From: Candidatus Iainarchaeum sp.
GTDB lineage: Archaea > Iainarchaeota > Iainarchaeia > Iainarchaeales > UBA10219
Assembly (NCBI GenBank): GCA_018304425.1
Contig: JAGVWE010000002.1
Location: forward strand, 128,001-192,000
Direction of reading: 5' to 3'
DNA: 64,000 bases
Positions 8,855 through 18,108 of the stretch are shown here, piece after piece (the first letter of the stretch is position 1; each line of letters starts with the position of its first letter). The notes beneath the pieces were generated by a model, which did not search any database, was not told where the DNA came from, and worked only from the letters and a program-made list of their open reading frames with translations. The translations under genes and the position numbers were made by a program.

Positions 8855-10531
8855 ATGAAAGGGCATGCATTGGAGGAAGTCGCGGAGTCGGAGCTGGCGG
8901 TGTTCAAGAAGAAGCTCAAGCTCTTGGCGGGTTTCAAGGGCCACGGCACCGAGTTGATCAGCCAATACATTCCCGCCAACGCGGACCGGAGCACGGTCAT
9001 GGGCGTGCTGACCGAAGAGGTGTCGCAGTCCGGCAACATCAAGAGCCCGCAGACGCGGAAGGCCGTACAGGGCGCCTTGCGGAAGATAACCAATTTCTTG
9101 AAACAAATCGACTTCGACATCCCGCCAAAGGGAATCGTGGTGTTCGCGGGCAACGTGTCGGAAAGCGAAGGAAGAACCGACATCCGGTTGTTCACGGTGC
9201 GGCCGCCCAAGCCCTTGAAGACCAAGCTGTACTGGTGCGACTCCGAGTTCCACCTCGCGCCGCTGAAGGAGATGCTGGCGCCCAGTGAAGTGTATGGCCT
9301 GTTGACGATTGACAAGAACGAGGCCACCATTGCGGTGTTGTCGGGCAAGAAGTACGAAATCATCGGGAAGTTCACGTCGGGAGTTCCTGGCAAGTTTCGT
9401 GCTGGGGGGCAATGCCTGGTGCCGGATTCCCTGGTGCAGACGGCAACCGGCGAAATCATCCCAGTGGGGGACGTGCACAACCCGCTCAATCTGCAAGCAG
9501 CGGACTTGGAAGCCTTAGACGTGACCTCGACGGCAGTCCTCAAAAAGTGGACCGTGACGAAAAAAGAGGCCGTGAAAATAATGACTGAACCGCCGAGAAC
9601 CGAACTCACCTGCTCCCTTGACCATCTAGTGTTTGCCTATCAGGAAGGCACAACAAAAGCAATCCCTGCCGAAGACGTGAATGTCGGAACCGTGCTGTTA
9701 TATGCAGACTTCGGGAAAACGCCGGGACGAAAGATTAGGCTGGTGAAAGTGAAATCTGTTGAAAGGCTGCGGGGCCGGTTCGAAATGGTCGACCTTTCCA
9801 CTGCGCAGCAGAATTTCCTCGCGAACGGCTTGGTCGTTCACAACTCTTCCCACCGGTTCGAGCAGTTGCGTGCGGAGGCCGCGAAGGAGTTTTACAAGCG
9901 CATCAGCGACAAGATAAACACCGCGTTCACGGCGTACGCGGACAAGCTGAAGGGCATCATCATTGGGGGCCCGGGGGTCAGCAAGCAGTATTTCTTGAAC
10001 GTGGACATGATCGACCACCGGCTGAAACCGAAAATCCTGGGCATGCTGGACATCAGTTACACGGATGAGTCCGGCATCCGGGAACTGATTCAGCGCAGCG
10101 AGGAACTGCTGCGGGAAACCGATTTGATGAAGGAGCGCGGGTTGTTGAACAAGTTCTTGGAAGAAGTGGCGAGGGGCCGGCTGGCCACCTACGGGCAACG
10201 GGAAGTGGAGGCCGCGTTGGCGGCCGGCAAGGCGGGTACGCTGATTGTGTCCGAGGCCCTGGAGTGGGAAGTGCACAAGTACGTGTGCGAGGGCTGCAAG
10301 GCCGAGCAAATGGTGTTCATCAAGGAGCCGTTGAATTACAAGGCAACGGCGCAGCCGTGCGGCAAGTGCGGCCGGGAAATGGAGTTGCTGGAGGAAATCG
10401 ATTACATCGACTATCTTTTGGAGAAAGCCCAGAAGACGGGCGCGGAAGTGCGCGTGGTTTCGACGGACACCCCGGAAGGCGAGCAGTTCTTCAAGGGGTT
10501 TGGCGGCATAGCGGCCATGCTAAGGTATTAG
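8855..10531 (+). CDS. prf1: Peptide chain release factor aRF1, intein-containing
   Basis: GTELIS, NIKS, YWCDSEF, GGQ|SSHRF, GFGGIAAMLRY; 558-aa precursor, 414 aa after removing the intein. Confidence 0.96.
   Translation: MKGHALEEVAESELAVFKKKLKLLAGFKGHGTELISQYIPANADRSTVMGVLTEEVSQSGNIKSPQTRKAVQGALRKITNFLKQIDFDIPPKGIVVFAGNVSESEGRTDIRLFTVRPPKPLKTKLYWCDSEFHLAPLKEMLAPSEVYGLLTIDKNEATIAVLSGKKYEIIGKFTSGVPGKFRAGGQCLVPDSLVQTATGEIIPVGDVHNPLNLQAADLEALDVTSTAVLKKWTVTKKEAVKIMTEPPRTELTCSLDHLVFAYQEGTTKAIPAEDVNVGTVLLYADFGKTPGRKIRLVKVKSVERLRGRFEMVDLSTAQQNFLANGLVVHNSSHRFEQLRAEAAKEFYKRISDKINTAFTAYADKLKGIIIGGPGVSKQYFLNVDMIDHRLKPKILGMLDISYTDESGIRELIQRSEELLRETDLMKERGLLNKFLEEVARGRLATYGQREVEAALAAGKAGTLIVSEALEWEVHKYVCEGCKAEQMVFIKEPLNYKATAQPCGKCGREMELLEEIDYIDYLLEKAQKTGAEVRVVSTDTPEGEQFFKGFGGIAAMLRY
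9413..9844 (+). mobile_element. Mini-intein (144 aa, no homing endonuclease) in aRF1
   Basis: Block A CLVPDSLV; block B CSLDHLVF; block F/G VDLSTAQQNFLANGLVVHN followed by Ser(+1); excision restores GGQSS. Confidence 0.95.
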
Positions 10532-10540
10532 GGCGGGCAC

Positions 10541-11809
10541 ATGGAACACGTTTTCGTAACGGATTCGAGGGGCATCGGCGGCCGCATCAAGCGCAGGATC
10601 GCGGACTTCCAGGTGCAGGAAGTCTCGAAGGACGGGACCCTGCGGGAAATCCGGGTGTTCACGGACACGGAGAAGCGGGAGCTGCCCAAGGAATGGCCTT
10701 CCGCCGAGCGCCCGGCTGGCAGGGAACAGTTGCACCTCACGCTCGAGAAATTCAACTTGGACACGAATTTCGCCATCCAGTTGATTGCGCGCATGCAGGG
10801 CACCAGCCGGAAGCGGATTGGCTTTGCGGGGATGAAGGACAAGCGGGGAATCACGTGCCAGCGGATTTCCATCTGGCAGCCGGACCTCGAGCGGTTGAAG
10901 AACTGGAAGTCAAGGTACCTGGATTTGCGCGAAGCGGAGTGGCGCGAGGAACGCATCGAGTTAGGCGATTTATGGGGAAACGACTTCAACATAACCATCC
11001 GGGATTTGGAGGGCACGGGCACGGAAGAGGAGCTGCGCCACGCGATTGAGACCTGTTTTGCCCAGATGCGGGGCGGCATCCCGAACTTCTTCGGGGAGCA
11101 GCGGTTCGGGGGCCTGCGGCAGACCAGCCACCGGGTGGGCAGGGAGTTCGTGAAGGGCAGCATCGAGAACGGGGTCATGCTTTATCTCACGGCCACGGCG
11201 CCCGGGGAAGAAGAGGACGTGGCATTGGCTCGGAAGAACCTGGCGGAGACCCGGGACTTTTCGAGGGCCTCCAACGAGTTTCCCGTCAAGTACCGGTATG
11301 AGCGTGCCATCATCCACCACTTGTGCAAGTATCCCCGGGACTTCGTGGGCGCGTTCAAGAAGTTGCCGAAGGCGTTGACCTATATGTTCACGCACGCGTA
11401 CCAGAGCCATTTGTTCAATGAGGTGCTCAAGCGGCGGCTGGCGGAAGGCATCGGGTTGCAGCCGGTGGAGGGAGACGTCTTGGAGGACGGCATCGTGGCC
11501 GCGCCGTTGTTCGGGTTCGAGTCGAAGCTCGCGGAGGGAAAACCCGGGGAAATCGAGCGCAGGGTGCTGGAAGCCGAGGGCGTGCAGCTCGCGGACTTCA
11601 AGGTGAAGGCTTATGCCGAGCTCAGCACCAAGGGCGCGCGCAAGAAGGCTTTGCTGGTGCCCGAAGACCTGCGCTTGCTGGAAATCGCGGAAGACGATTA
11701 TTATCCGGGCAAGCGCAAGGCGCGCATCGGGTTCAGGTTGACGAAGGGCAACTATGCGACGACCGTGCTGATGGAGCTCATGAAAGCAGAAGGCAATACG
11801 AATGACTGA
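10541..11809 (+). CDS. truD: tRNA pseudouridine(13) synthase TruD
   Basis: DFQVQE, GFAGMKDKRGIT.Q, GDLWGNDF, PNFFGEQRFG, HAYQSHLFN, GNYAT. Confidence 0.96.
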   Translation: MEHVFVTDSRGIGGRIKRRIADFQVQEVSKDGTLREIRVFTDTEKRELPKEWPSAERPAGREQLHLTLEKFNLDTNFAIQLIARMQGTSRKRIGFAGMKDKRGITCQRISIWQPDLERLKNWKSRYLDLREAEWREERIELGDLWGNDFNITIRDLEGTGTEEELRHAIETCFAQMRGGIPNFFGEQRFGGLRQTSHRVGREFVKGSIENGVMLYLTATAPGEEEDVALARKNLAETRDFSRASNEFPVKYRYERAIIHHLCKYPRDFVGAFKKLPKALTYMFTHAYQSHLFNEVLKRRLAEGIGLQPVEGDVLEDGIVAAPLFGFESKLAEGKPGEIERRVLEAEGVQLADFKVKAYAELSTKGARKKALLVPEDLRLLEIAEDDYYPGKRKARIGFRLTKGNYATTVLMELMKAEGNTND

Positions 11810-12767
11810 CGAGGGCATTTTTTTCTTTGGGGTTTACGTCGCTTTCTTCGTGGCCGGCTTTGCCTCGGTGCATGGGGTGGCACGGTGGCTGAAGGCCAAG
11901 GGCATTGTGGGGCGGGACATCAACAAGCCGGGGGAGCCGTTGTTGCCGGAGAGCGCGGGCATTGCCTTGCTGGTTCCCCTGTGGTTGTTCGTCGGGGGCT
12001 ATAACCTCTGGGTGGCACAGGCCTTGGACTTGATTGCCTTGGCTTGCCTGGCCACCGGGTATGCTTTGGTGGGGTTCCTGGATGACACGCGGAACAAGTT
12101 CGCTGGGAAGCCCATGGGTTGGGGGGAGCGGGCGCTGCCGATTGCCGTGCTGACCCTTGTGTTTGCCTGGAATTACGCGGAAAGCGTGTACGTGTTTCCC
12201 TTCGTGGCCTTGTTCGTGGGCGTCATCGCTTCGCTGCACAACACCTTTGCGGGCTTGAATGGATGGGAAGTGGGAACGTCTTGGCTGATGGGGTTGGCGG
12301 CGGCGTGGCTGCTGCTGGGAACTCCCTTGTTCTTGCCTGCCCTGGCCTTCAATGCCTTGGTGTTGGGCTTGCTGGCGTGGAACGTGTTTCCGGCCCGGGT
12401 GTTTCCGGGGGACAGTGGAACCCTGTTGTTGGGGGCCTTGAATGCGGGGCTGGTGGCGTTGACGGCGGATGTCCGGTTGATGGGCTTCTATGCCTTGTTG
12501 TTCGCGCCGCACTTCCTGGACCTGGTGGGGTTGAAGTGGGTGACGAATGCCGGGGACATGACGCAGAACATTCAGCATCCGTATGCCTTGGATGCCGAAG
12601 CGCGGATTTGCCTGCCAATGCATGGGGGCGGGCGGAGGAAACTGGATTTCGCGAAGGCCCTGGTTTGCTTGGTGGGGCCGCTGGGGGAGGACCGGCTGGT
12701 GTGGTTGATCTGGTCAGTGGTCGCGGGCTGGCTGGTAGTCGCTTTTCTCTTTTTCAAGCCGCTTTGA
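11802..12767 (+). CDS. UDP-GlcNAc:dolichol-phosphate GlcNAc-1-P transferase-like (GT4/AglH/MraY family)
   Basis: GRDINKP, GFLDD, NTFAGLNG.E, VFPGDSG motifs; multi-pass hydrophobic. Confidence 0.85.
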   Translation: MTDEGIFFFGVYVAFFVAGFASVHGVARWLKAKGIVGRDINKPGEPLLPESAGIALLVPLWLFVGGYNLWVAQALDLIALACLATGYALVGFLDDTRNKFAGKPMGWGERALPIAVLTLVFAWNYAESVYVFPFVALFVGVIASLHNTFAGLNGWEVGTSWLMGLAAAWLLLGTPLFLPALAFNALVLGLLAWNVFPARVFPGDSGTLLLGALNAGLVALTADVRLMGFYALLFAPHFLDLVGLKWVTNAGDMTQNIQHPYALDAEARICLPMHGGGRRKLDFAKALVCLVGPLGEDRLVWLIWSVVAGWLVVAFLFFKPL

Positions 12768-13727
12768 GCTGGCCAGCCAGACCAGGACGCTTAACAGCGT
12801 GGGAATGACCAGTCTTACCAGGTCGTAGACGGCGAGCAGGGCAATGATTTGCGCGGCTGAGAGCGTGATGCCCGCGATGAGTTCGGGGAAGGCCAGGAAG
12901 TGCCAGGCCATTATTTCCACGAGGCCGATGCCGCGGGGAAGCAGGGGAGCGCGTTCGAGCACGGAAATCATGACCATGAGGAGCAGCAGGGAGTGGAAGC
13001 TGAGGACGATGCCGAGGGAGAAGAAACTGTATTGGAGGGCGAAGAACTCGAAGGCCCAGGAGAGCGCGGAGAGAAAGAGGAGGAGGAAGAATTCTTCTTT
13101 GGTCAGCCGGTCAATGGAGGCCGAGTAGCGGGCGAAGAAGTGGTGGACGCGGGAGAAAAAGGGGAGCGGCTTTGAAAGCCGTTCCAGGGAGTTCAAGAGG
13201 CCGGCGGAGGCTTTTTTTTCGAAGGGGAAAAGGAAGAGGATGGAGACCAGCAGCACCACGATGAACCCGGAGAGGAAGCCGAAGAAAAACACGGGGTCTG
13301 TTTTCGTGTTCAAGAAGAAGAGGAGGGCCATGGAGGCCACGATGGAGAGGATGAGGAACTTGGTGCCCTTGGCGACCAGGGACGCCGCAATCGAGTCCGA
13401 GTAGGGCACGCCGAAGAATTCCTTTAAACGGAGGCTGCGCAGGGCCTCGGAACCCACTTGCACGGGGGTGAGGGCGCCGTAGAGGGCGGTCAAGCCCACG
13501 ACCACGAGCCTGGAATACGGCAGGGCCTTGCGCTTTTTTATCAGGTAAGCCCATGAAATAAGCCACAGTATTACGGAGAATACGTAAAAAATGATGGCCA
13601 GGACGAAGAAATTCGGGTTCAAATCGAGGAGCACGGTGGGTGCATAGGTCAGCCCTAGGCCCATGGCGGTGATTAAGGCAAAGACAAGGAAGAGGCTTAG
13701 AATCGAGGTTTTAAGGAAGTGGTGCAA
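12714..13727 (-). CDS. UPF0104/LPG-synthase-TM (flippase-like) membrane protein
   Basis: LTPVQVGSEALR and PRGIGLVE motifs; about 8 TM segments. Confidence 0.8.
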   Translation of the reverse strand: MHHFLKTSILSLFLVFALITAMGLGLTYAPTVLLDLNPNFFVLAIIFYVFSVILWLISWAYLIKKRKALPYSRLVVVGLTALYGALTPVQVGSEALRSLRLKEFFGVPYSDSIAASLVAKGTKFLILSIVASMALLFFLNTKTDPVFFFGFLSGFIVVLLVSILFLFPFEKKASAGLLNSLERLSKPLPFFSRVHHFFARYSASIDRLTKEEFFLLLFLSALSWAFEFFALQYSFFSLGIVLSFHSLLLLMVMISVLERAPLLPRGIGLVEIMAWHFLAFPELIAGITLSAAQIIALLAVYDLVRLVIPTLLSVLVWLASSKRLEKEKSDYQPARDH

Positions 13728-13739
13728 GTCAAGCCCTGC

Positions 13740-14354
13740 TCAGTTTTTGAGTTGCTTCAGGAGGTCGTTGGACTTGGCAATGACTTCACCGGTGTTGGGG
13801 AACATGAACTCCAACAACACCCGGGAGACCGGGGAAACGTCGTTGACTGACTTGGGTTTCACCGTGACCGCATTGCTTTCGACGACGACTTCCGGCTTCA
13901 ACAAGCCCGCGTCCGGCAACTCGATGAAGAGGTGCACGGCTTGGGAGGACGCAAGCAGGGCCCCGCATTCGGTGGCCGAAACCTCCTGGTTGTCCTGGGT
14001 CTTTGAATCGACTTGGCACTTTACGAGCTGCTTGCCCTTGTCGTAGACGCGGAAAACGGACTCGGTTTGCTTGCCGTTCGCGGCAAGAACCGTGCGGAAC
14101 AGAATCCAGGCCGGGCCCACGTAGCTGTTCACCGTGCTTCCCTCGTAAAAGGAGGGCACCAGCAGGAACGAGTCCGCGGCCGCGAGCGCGGAAAGCTGGT
14201 TGCCGGGGGGAAGGCTTTTGGCCTTGAACAAGACGCCTTTCTGGTCGGCCTTGAACTTGTAGGGATCCAGGGAGTCGAGGACGATGACGCTGGCGCTCAC
14301 CAGCAGCACGGCCAAGGCCAGAACCGTTAGGTAGAAGACCTGCTTTTTCTGCAT
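13740..14354 (-). CDS. Membrane-anchored hypothetical protein
   Basis: ATG 14354 MQKKQ followed by a single hydrophobic helix. Confidence 0.7.
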   Translation of the reverse strand: MQKKQVFYLTVLALAVLLVSASVIVLDSLDPYKFKADQKGVLFKAKSLPPGNQLSALAAADSFLLVPSFYEGSTVNSYVGPAWILFRTVLAANGKQTESVFRVYDKGKQLVKCQVDSKTQDNQEVSATECGALLASSQAVHLFIELPDAGLLKPEVVVESNAVTVKPKSVNDVSPVSRVLLEFMFPNTGEVIAKSNDLLKQLKN

Positions 14355-14445
14355 GGAAAAACCGTGAAGGAATGGGGTTGGAAAAGGCTTAAAAGCCTCT
14401 GCTTGGCCGGAAGCCTGGGCAGTGGCCGAACGGCTGGGTTGCGAC

Positions 14446-14501
14446 AAAAAAAAGAAAAAAAGAAAAGGGGAAAGCCAGGTTTTTGCCTGGCCTTTCGGCC
14501 C
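14446..14501 (-). terminator. Terminator of the S-layer gene
   Basis: GCCAGG/CCTGGC hairpin followed on the minus strand by a ~20-nt T-rich run, just after the stop at 14519. Confidence 0.8.
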
Positions 14502-14518
14502 TTGTTCTACTGCTGCGT

Positions 14519-17500
14519 TTAAGCCAACGAGTCGATGGCGTCGATCAGCTCTTGAGCTGCTCGGCCGGTGTCGTTAGCCGTGTAACCAGCGACTACAATG
14601 TCGCCAGTTGCAGCGTCCACCTCGGCTACCATGTCGCCAGACTTCGTCAGCCGGTCCGCCAAGCCAGCCACTTCTTTGGCCAACTTGTTGACAATGTGTC
14701 CACCAACAACGATGTTGGTTCCGACTGGAGCCTCGCTGTCCACGTACACCATGGTGTCCGGAACCCTTGCGGGCATCTTATAGGTTGACGGCGTAGCCGC
14801 ACACGTGGCTGGAGCGCCGGTTCCGCCGGTGACAGCGCAGGTAGCCTTGCCCATTGATATCTTGGACAAGGTGATGCTGGTGCCGTCGTCCGCCGTAACG
14901 GTTTCTCCTTCCTTGACGGTGTACTCTCTGCCGCCGGTTTCAACCTCTGAGACCTCTCCTCTTCCTATCACGTACAGGTAGGATTCGGGGTGGTTCTCCG
15001 GGTAGAACACGGTGAACCTCGAGCCGTCGGTTTCCGCGAGGGAACCGAAGTCCGAGAACGCCTTGCTCATGTAGATTTCGGGCCTGTCACTTCTCAGAGT
15101 CCAGATGTTGCTTGCAACAGTGGCTGTGTACTCTGTGTCGTGGTAGGATACCTCGAAGGTTGGCAAGGTCCTCTCGGGGTTGGAGGCGTCAACCAGTCTG
15201 TCGTTGGCCGTGTCCACGTATACCGTGTATTCGTAGGTGGCTCCGACAGTGGTCTGCGTCTCTTCACCCTCGTCGACTTCGAAGATGGCCGTTGTATAGG
15301 CATCGTCGGACTCGCTCATGTTGAATTTCGGGTGACCTGTTCCTAACCCGGATACACCGAAGACGGAATCGTCTATCATGTAGAAGGTTGCGTCCGTGAT
15401 GTCATCCAAGTCCAGGTCTTCCGCGGTAGTTGCGCTGGCTGGGTTCGAGACTCCCCGGAACTTCAACGAACCGCCTTCTTGGGTGTTGATGTTCTGGTCG
15501 TCCAGAATCAGTTCGAAGTCGCTTCTACCTGATTGGTCGACGATGATGGGCACATACTCGAACTTGGCGTCGTTCAAGCCTTCCAGCCTGATTGGGCACC
15601 AGTCGAACATGTTTCCGTCGTCCAAGTACAGCCTATTGTCTTGGGCGTTGCCGCAGGTGTAGCTGCCTGTAGCCGACTGATAGTTGGCCCACACGTTGTT
15701 CAGGTCGTACTGAACGGCCGTGGTGGTGTCAACCGTGGTCAAGCCGATCTGGTAGGTGTTCGAGTTCAACGGGTCTGGGTAAATGGTTCCCGAGACCGCG
15801 GTGCCCTCAATCATCCGCAGACTTGACTTGGCCGTCAACCGCGTCCTAATCACGGTTGGAGCGCCGATGTTGGCGTCCTGGACTACGTACGAGATGCCGT
15901 CGAAGTTACAGATTTCGCCGTCATTCACGTCGAAGTTGCTGGCCGATGGAGCGCTTGCTCCGTTGGCCCCGCACCAGTCCAGGCCTCCGCCGAGTGTGCC
16001 GATGGAGATACCCACACCAGCGTTGCTGTTCATGTCGACGGTCAGACCGTTCAGCCTGTTACCGTCTCCAACCAATAGGTTGGTGTCCGAGGTGTTCGCC
16101 TCGTAGTAATACGATTGCGCACCCTGGTCGAAGGTGAACACTCTACCGGAACCGGCTGCCGTGATGGTAGTCAGGTTCGGGATGTAGAATGGCACCTTGT
16201 GCCGGACATCGACTTCGTCCGAGAAGTCTATGTAACCGATTGAGTCGGTTGGCCCTCTGCCGAGGCCGAGGAACCTGTAGACTTCTGTCTCAAAGCCGCC
16301 GTACTCGACCTGGATGAAAGGCTCGCCTTCGTCGGTCTTGAGGACCGCTTTCTCGAAGCCCCTGTTGGGGTTCAAGGCAGCGAACTTTCCGCCGGCCCTT
16401 CCGGTGTCTCTGAGATACGAGTCGTCGTTGTCGAACGTCAGAGCTTCGTTGGTTATAACGACTCTCTGCAGGGTGTTGTTGTCTGGGTTGCCCGAAGCAC
16501 AAAAGGCCGTTGAGCCCGTGTTCGTGCAGTCCGTGTCTCCGGAGAAGACCAGGCTAGTGTCCCAGTCGTAGATACCGTCGGTATCGTCTTCGTCGAACGG
16601 GAATCCCCTGTTCTCCTGCAACTCAATCCTGTTGTCTCCCACGATGACGGTGGGCCTGAAGATTTCCTGGAAACCCTCGTCGATTCTCTTGTTGATTTCC
16701 TGGACGAACAGGCCTGACCGCAGGACTTCGTCGCCGTTCTCGTCTTCCCAGACTCCTTCGTCGTCGCCGGCTGCGAACTGGTCTTCGTCGACCAAGTTAC
16801 CCTGGGCGTCGTACAAGGCAATGCTGATGACATTGGTTGAGCCTTGCGCGTAACCTTCGCCGATGACGGCCTTCATTTCCTGGCCCTCGTACTTGCCTTT
16901 TCCGATGAGCCCGGTGATTTCGTCGCCCTCTGAGTAGACCTTTTCCGAGGCTGCTCTGAGGAGTTCGACCAAGGCGTCCGTGCCTCCAATGGTGTTCCTA
17001 TTGATCTTTCTGATCAAGTAGAGTTCACCGAAGAAGTACAGCTCCTGCCGGTCGGAAATGCTGTCGTCGAGGTAGGCTGAACCATTGGATTCCACCGCGT
17101 TCAAACCGTCGCCCAGGTCAATGACGTACTGGACACCCGAAGCGGGGATCTTGAATTGGAGGTCCTCTACTTCGTCGTCGGTGTTGAACTTGGCGTCACC
17201 CTGGACTTGCACCTGTTCTTCGACGGTTACGTCGGAGGTGGTGTTGCCAACCCTCTTGGTGACGGTTTCCTTTCTCAGGAAGGGAAGCGCGCCCTGTTGG
17301 AGGGTCACAATTCCGTCGGTTCCCGAGGAAACCCCTTCTTCTTTTCGGTCGAACTCGGTCGTGATACCGGTGTTCAAGTCGAATTTGACGGATTTAACGT
17401 TTTCTCCGCCGATCGTCAGGGTTCTTCCCAAAGAGAAGACCGCTGAAACGTCTTCAATGGTCGGAGTAGCAGTTCCGCCCGAGACTCCACCTGCAACCGA

Positions 17501-17746
17501 TGTCGAGACCGTTCCGGTAGTATATGCCTTCGAAGCTAACTTCGCGGCAATCCGGCCGGCCCAAACCCAGTCGCTGTAGCCCGCATCCGCACCAGCTACG
17601 ACTTTGACAATAGGCTCGCCCGTAGTTGAATCATACAGGTCGCTTTTTGTCAGGCTGATGGCGGAAACGATTGGAGCGAGAGCAGTTCCGACTAACGCTG
17701 CACCGATTCCAACGGCAGCGAGTTTCTTGATGCTCAATCCTTTCAT
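14519..17746 (-). CDS. S-layer protein (Methanococcus/Thermococcus-like N- and C-terminal domains)
   Basis: MKGLSIKKLAAVGIGAALVG signal peptide; VVAGADA..D; C-terminal IVVGGHIVNKL and IVVAGYTANDT..AAQELI; acidic; RBS GAGGTGA upstream. Confidence 0.9.
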   Translation of the reverse strand: MKGLSIKKLAAVGIGAALVGTALAPIVSAISLTKSDLYDSTTGEPIVKVVAGADAGYSDWVWAGRIAAKLASKAYTTGTVSTSVAGGVSGGTATPTIEDVSAVFSLGRTLTIGGENVKSVKFDLNTGITTEFDRKEEGVSSGTDGIVTLQQGALPFLRKETVTKRVGNTTSDVTVEEQVQVQGDAKFNTDDEVEDLQFKIPASGVQYVIDLGDGLNAVESNGSAYLDDSISDRQELYFFGELYLIRKINRNTIGGTDALVELLRAASEKVYSEGDEITGLIGKGKYEGQEMKAVIGEGYAQGSTNVISIALYDAQGNLVDEDQFAAGDDEGVWEDENGDEVLRSGLFVQEINKRIDEGFQEIFRPTVIVGDNRIELQENRGFPFDEDDTDGIYDWDTSLVFSGDTDCTNTGSTAFCASGNPDNNTLQRVVITNEALTFDNDDSYLRDTGRAGGKFAALNPNRGFEKAVLKTDEGEPFIQVEYGGFETEVYRFLGLGRGPTDSIGYIDFSDEVDVRHKVPFYIPNLTTITAAGSGRVFTFDQGAQSYYYEANTSDTNLLVGDGNRLNGLTVDMNSNAGVGISIGTLGGGLDWCGANGASAPSASNFDVNDGEICNFDGISYVVQDANIGAPTVIRTRLTAKSSLRMIEGTAVSGTIYPDPLNSNTYQIGLTTVDTTTAVQYDLNNVWANYQSATGSYTCGNAQDNRLYLDDGNMFDWCPIRLEGLNDAKFEYVPIIVDQSGRSDFELILDDQNINTQEGGSLKFRGVSNPASATTAEDLDLDDITDATFYMIDDSVFGVSGLGTGHPKFNMSESDDAYTTAIFEVDEGEETQTTVGATYEYTVYVDTANDRLVDASNPERTLPTFEVSYHDTEYTATVASNIWTLRSDRPEIYMSKAFSDFGSLAETDGSRFTVFYPENHPESYLYVIGRGEVSEVETGGREYTVKEGETVTADDGTSITLSKISMGKATCAVTGGTGAPATCAATPSTYKMPARVPDTMVYVDSEAPVGTNIVVGGHIVNKLAKEVAGLADRLTKSGDMVAEVDAATGDIVVAGYTANDTGRAAQELIDAIDSLA

Positions 17747-17777
17747 TTCTGTTTCACCTCGCATTTGCATGCAAAAT

Positions 17778-17880
17778 AAGCCTACAAATAGATGTATCGA
17801 ATAAGGATGGATAGGACATGTAGGTAAACAACGTCCATTTGTAGGCTTCTCACACCCTTATCGTTGACTTCCTTTAAAAA
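17778..17880 (-). promoter_or_regulatory. S-layer promoter and 5'-UTR stem-loop
   Basis: TTTTTAAA at 17873-17880 (minus); 18-nt inverted repeat 17778-17795/17831-17848 with a 12-bp perfect core. Confidence 0.6.
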
Positions 17881-18108
17881 CCTACCTGTTTAAGGCATTT
17901 AACTGAATTCTAGGCCTGTTTTTCCTGGGCCAAAATTCAGGCAATTGCTGTAAGGCTTTCCGGCAATGCCCGAATGGGGGCTAAAATGCCGGTATACGCC
18001 AAACAATGGCCTTAAATGGGTGGCTGATGCTTCTATTATTGTACGGTAGGGGTTAAAAGGGTTACGGGTTTTCTCGGCAAAAACCGATAAAAGGGTTGAA
18101 AGTCGAAC

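Noticed and set aside
17881-18108. AT-rich intergenic region as replication origin or ncRNA
   Set aside because: No ORB-like repeats, no adjacent cdc6/orc1, no recognisable RNA family; only a weak hairpin
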